Assembly (NCBI GenBank): GCA_009914755.4
Contig: CP068257.2
Location: forward strand, 34,080,001-34,144,000
Length of the DNA: 64,000 nt
DNA from: the human T2T-CHM13v2.0 reference genome, Homo sapiens
Reading direction: 5' to 3'
Position numbers and translations under genes: made by a program. The number at the start of each line of letters is the position of its first letter. Position 1 is the first letter of the stretch. Below are positions 61,025 to 64,000 of the stretch, in pieces. The notes below the pieces were generated by a model. It made no database searches and was not told the DNA's origin. It saw only the letters and a list, made by a program, of their open reading frames with translations.

Positions 61025-61715
61025 AAGTAATTCTCTTCCTCAAAAAACTAAAGACAGAACTACCATTTCATCCAGCAACCGCACCACTGGGTGTTTATCC
61101 AAAAGACAGGAGATCAGTATATCAGAGATACTTGCACCCCCATGTTTATTGTAGTACTATTTACAATAACCAAAATATGGAATAAACTTAAATGTTCGTC
61201 GACAGATTAATGGATAAGTGTGGTATACACACAATGGAATATTATTCCCCCATAAAAAAGAATGAAATTCTGTCATTTGCAGCAACATAGATGGAACTGG
61301 AGGTCATTATATTAAGTGAAGCAAGCCAGGCACAAAAGACAAATGTCACATGTTCTCACTCACGGAATTCACAAAGGTAGAGAGTACAATGGTGGTAACC
61401 AGAGGCTGGGAAGGGAAGAGGGGAAAGGGAGATGAAGAGAAGGTGGTTAAAGGGCACAAAAACTCAGAAGAAATAACTTCTAGTATTTGGAAGTACCGTA
61501 GGAAAATTATAGTTAATAATTTATTGAATGTTTCAAAATAGAAGAGAAGAATTATAATGTTCCCAAAACAAAGAAAAGATAAATGTTTGAGGCGATGGAT
61601 GTCCCAGTTACCCTGATTTGGTCATTACACGTTGTATACAGGTATCAAAATATTACATGTACCCCAAAATTTATACAACGCTTATATATCAATAAATTAA
61701 ATTAAGTTAAATAAA
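61025..61715 (+). mobile_element. Old L1 (L1PB/L1MA-like) 3' end fragment (ORF2 C-terminus + 3'UTR), plus orientation
   Basis: 'ttctcttcctcaaaaaactaaagacagaactaccatttcatccagcaaccgcaccactgggtgtttatccaaaagacaggagatcagtatatcagagatacttgcacccccatgtttattgtagtactatttacaataaccaaaatatggaataaacttaaatgttcgtcgacagattaatggataagtgtggtatacacacaatggaatattattc ... gcaacatagatggaactggaggtcattatattaagtgaagcaagccaggcacaaaagacaaatgtcacatgttctcactcac ... gtaccgtaggaaaattatagttaataatttattgaatgtttcaaaatagaagagaagaattataatgttcccaaaacaaagaaaagataaatgtttgaggcgatggatgtcccagttaccctgatttggtcattacacgttgtatacaggtatcaaaatattacatgtaccccaaaatttatacaa'. Confidence 0.9.
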
Positions 61716-62687
61716 CAGGAAGCACCAGGAGGAACTCCTGATGCATTTTATGCTTAAAACAAAAAATCCTAGGTCTTTCCATAGATAAATCTAAGAATGA
61801 TGATAAATATGGTGGAAACAGGGTCTCTTGGTGCTCCAAATATCGTTTCCCAAAACAAAGGAACAGGACATCCCAGAGTAATGGCTGACTCCGGGCCTGA
61901 AACAGGGTATGTAGAAGAGGGCCCTTCAATGCACCGTCACACTGGAAAGCAAGGAAGCCATCAAAGACAGCCAGAGTGCTTCAAAGGACTCAGAAATCAA
62001 CTTATGAGGCCCCACTGGTCAAGGATGGCACAAGGTGAGCATGAGTAAGGACACTAACTGTAACAGATGGAAACATACCAAATAGATTTCATCCAAAATT
62101 TCATAAGAACACTGTAAAATCACTGACTGCCTTTGGAGAAGACTAGTAAACCAATTTGTTATTTTGAGAACTGATGAGTAAAGAGAGTGTCAAGCACATA
62201 CCCTGCCTTTCCTACACAAAGAGAAAAACCAGACATTACGTCCCCCACAGAAGAACCAACCCCACCTGTAAAATAACCTTGCTGAAAAGTGTGAACCTTA
62301 GTCCATTTAAGCATTTGGATCTAATACCAGCTCATAGGAAATCCAGGTAACAGAAGAACATGTTAAATGACACCACAGGTGTCTACATCTGGGGAAGCAT
62401 CAGCAAAATACAAACTAGGGGGAGGCCTGAAGGTTAAAAGGTAAAGAGCAAGGGAAAATATAGATTAAAAAAGACATAAGAGGCATGTTAGCAAATCACA
62501 CTATATGGGTCTTAGTTGATACTTTTTCAAATAAATAAAAGGTTAAAAATTACAGTACAATCAAGGAAATGTAAACACTCGCTGGATACTTAGTGATGTT
62601 GAGGGAATATTAAAGTGAGATAATATTGTGTTTTTATTTAAAATGGGGAGCCTATGTCTTTAGAAATATGTTTAGATAAAATAATAT

Positions 62688-63121
62688 GATGCTTGGGATT
62701 TGCCTCAAAATAACCTGGAGGGGAGGTGCTATGTGTTGCTTCTGTGTTGCTGCTCAAATCTCATGTCAAATTGTAACCCCCAGTGTTGGAAATGGGGCCC
62801 GGTGGGAGGAGATTGGATCATGGGGACAGATTTTCCCCTTGGTACTGTCCTTGAGATAGTGAGTTCTCATGAGATCTGGTTATTTAAAAGTGTGTGGTAC
62901 CTGCCCCACTTCCCTTCTTCCTTCTGCTCTGGCCATGTGAGATATCTCACTCCCCCTTTGCCTTCTGCCACGATTGGAAGCTTCCAGAGGCCCCTCCAGA
63001 AGCAGAAGTTGCTATGCTTCCTGTACAACCTGCAGAACCGTGAGTCAATTAAACTTCTTGTGTTTATAAATTACCCAGTCTCAGGAGTACTACCTGAGAC
63101 CTGTATAAATTACCTAATACA
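62688..63121 (+). mobile_element. MST/THE1-related MaLR solitary LTR (plus orientation)
   Basis: 'tgatgcttgggatttgcctcaaaataacctggaggg ... gctcaaatctcatgtcaaattgtaacccccagtgttggaaatggggcccggtgggaggagattggatcatggggacagattttcccc ... gagttctcatgagatctggttatttaaaagtgtgtggtacctgccccacttcccttcttccttctgctctggccatgtgagatatctcactccccctttgccttctgccacgattggaagcttccagaggcccctccagaagcagaagttgctatgcttcctgtacaacctgcagaaccgtgagtcaattaaacttcttgtgtttataaattacccagtctcaggagtac ... cctaataca' matches the MSTA/THE1 consensus 'tgatatggcttggctgtgtccccacccaaatctcatcttgaattgtagctcccataattcccacgtgttgtgggagggacccagtgg...gagttctcacgagatctggttgtttaaaagtgtgtggcacctcccc...ccatgattgtgaggcctccccagccatgtggaactgtgagtcaattaaacctctttcctttataaattacccagtctcag'. 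Confidence 0.8.
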
Positions 63122-64000
63122 GGAGGTACTGGAGGTACAGAGAATATGAGATTGTCCACAAGTTGATTGTTGTTAAAGCAAATTGTTGGAAACATGGGAG
63201 TTCATTATACTCTACTGTTGCACATAAGTATTTGAATTTTCCCATAATAAAAAGTTTGTGCAAAAAAAGATTTTTTAGTATGGGAAGTCGTTTTTCAAGT
63301 TACAAGATAATCACTCTCGATAATCACTCTTAATCTCCTGAGTGAAGAAGCTATATTAGTTAGGGTTCTCCAAAGAAAGAGAAGCAGTAGAAATATGAGT
63401 TATACAAGAGGGATTTATTATAGGAATCAGCTCATGTGATTATGGAGACCAAGAAGTCCACCACCTGCTGTCTGCAAGCTGGCCACTCAGGAAATCCAGT
63501 GGTACAAATCAATCTGAATCCAAAGCCTGAGAATCAGGAGTCCTGATGTCCAAAGGCAGGAGAAGATTGGATGTTCCAGCTCAAAAAGAAAGAGTGAATT
63601 CACCCTTCCTCTACCTTTTCATAATATTTGAGCCCTCAACAGGTTGATAATCCCCACCTGTATCAATGACAACAATCTTCTTTACCCTGTCTACTAATTC
63701 AAATACTGATCTCTTCCAGAACACCCTCATAGATACACTCGGAAATAATTTTTTATCAGCTATCTGGGTATCCCTTAACCCAGTCAAGTTGACATATAAA
63801 ATTAACCATCACAGAAGCCTAATGAAAACACGACGGAGACACATCCTTGGTTGTTCTGTGTGTTCTATAACCAAGGCTGTTTGGGGGGTCTGAGGCAGGA
63901 ACCCCACTTCAAAGCTTTGCTGTCAGAACTTCAAGAGCCAGACACATCCAAAAGTCAGCTCTGACTACCAACCATCTTCCATGACAGCCAGGGTCAGATT

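Noticed and set aside
62700-63149. A 149-aa ORF.
   Set aside because: It lies entirely within an MST/THE1-type MaLR LTR ('...CNPQCWKWGPVGGDWIMG...' is the conceptual translation of the LTR consensus). LTRs are non-coding.

Overview
This window is primate (almost certainly human) nuclear DNA, not a prokaryotic locus. It looks like a gene-poor intergenic or intronic stretch, and roughly half of it is interspersed repeats. About 21 Alu-family SINEs (many with intact target-site duplications) and several MIR fragments are present. Six 5'-truncated L1 3'-end fragments and MaLR LTRs (two THE1-type, one MST-type, two or more MLT1-type) are also recognisable. The window further contains an ERV pol (reverse transcriptase) relic, Tc1/mariner and hAT non-autonomous DNA transposons, several dinucleotide microsatellites and an ~810-bp homopurine tract that grew out of an Alu tail. 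The only protein-coding-derived sequence I could recognise is an RPS20 (ribosomal protein S20) processed pseudogene on the minus strand at 27,467-27,940. It is joined head-to-tail to an old L1 3' end, and both sit inside an MLT1 LTR. I could support no functional CDS, rRNA, tRNA, CRISPR array or operon-like system. The long ORFs in the supplied track are artefacts of low-complexity purine tracts or of Alu/LTR sequence. CpG is strongly depleted overall. The exceptions are a ~460-bp non-repeat block (35,340-35,800) and a 2.7-kb repeat-free block (40,000-42,740), which I flag as candidate regulatory or conserved elements. Repeat family names are from memory of consensus sequences and should be confirmed with RepeatMasker/Dfam.
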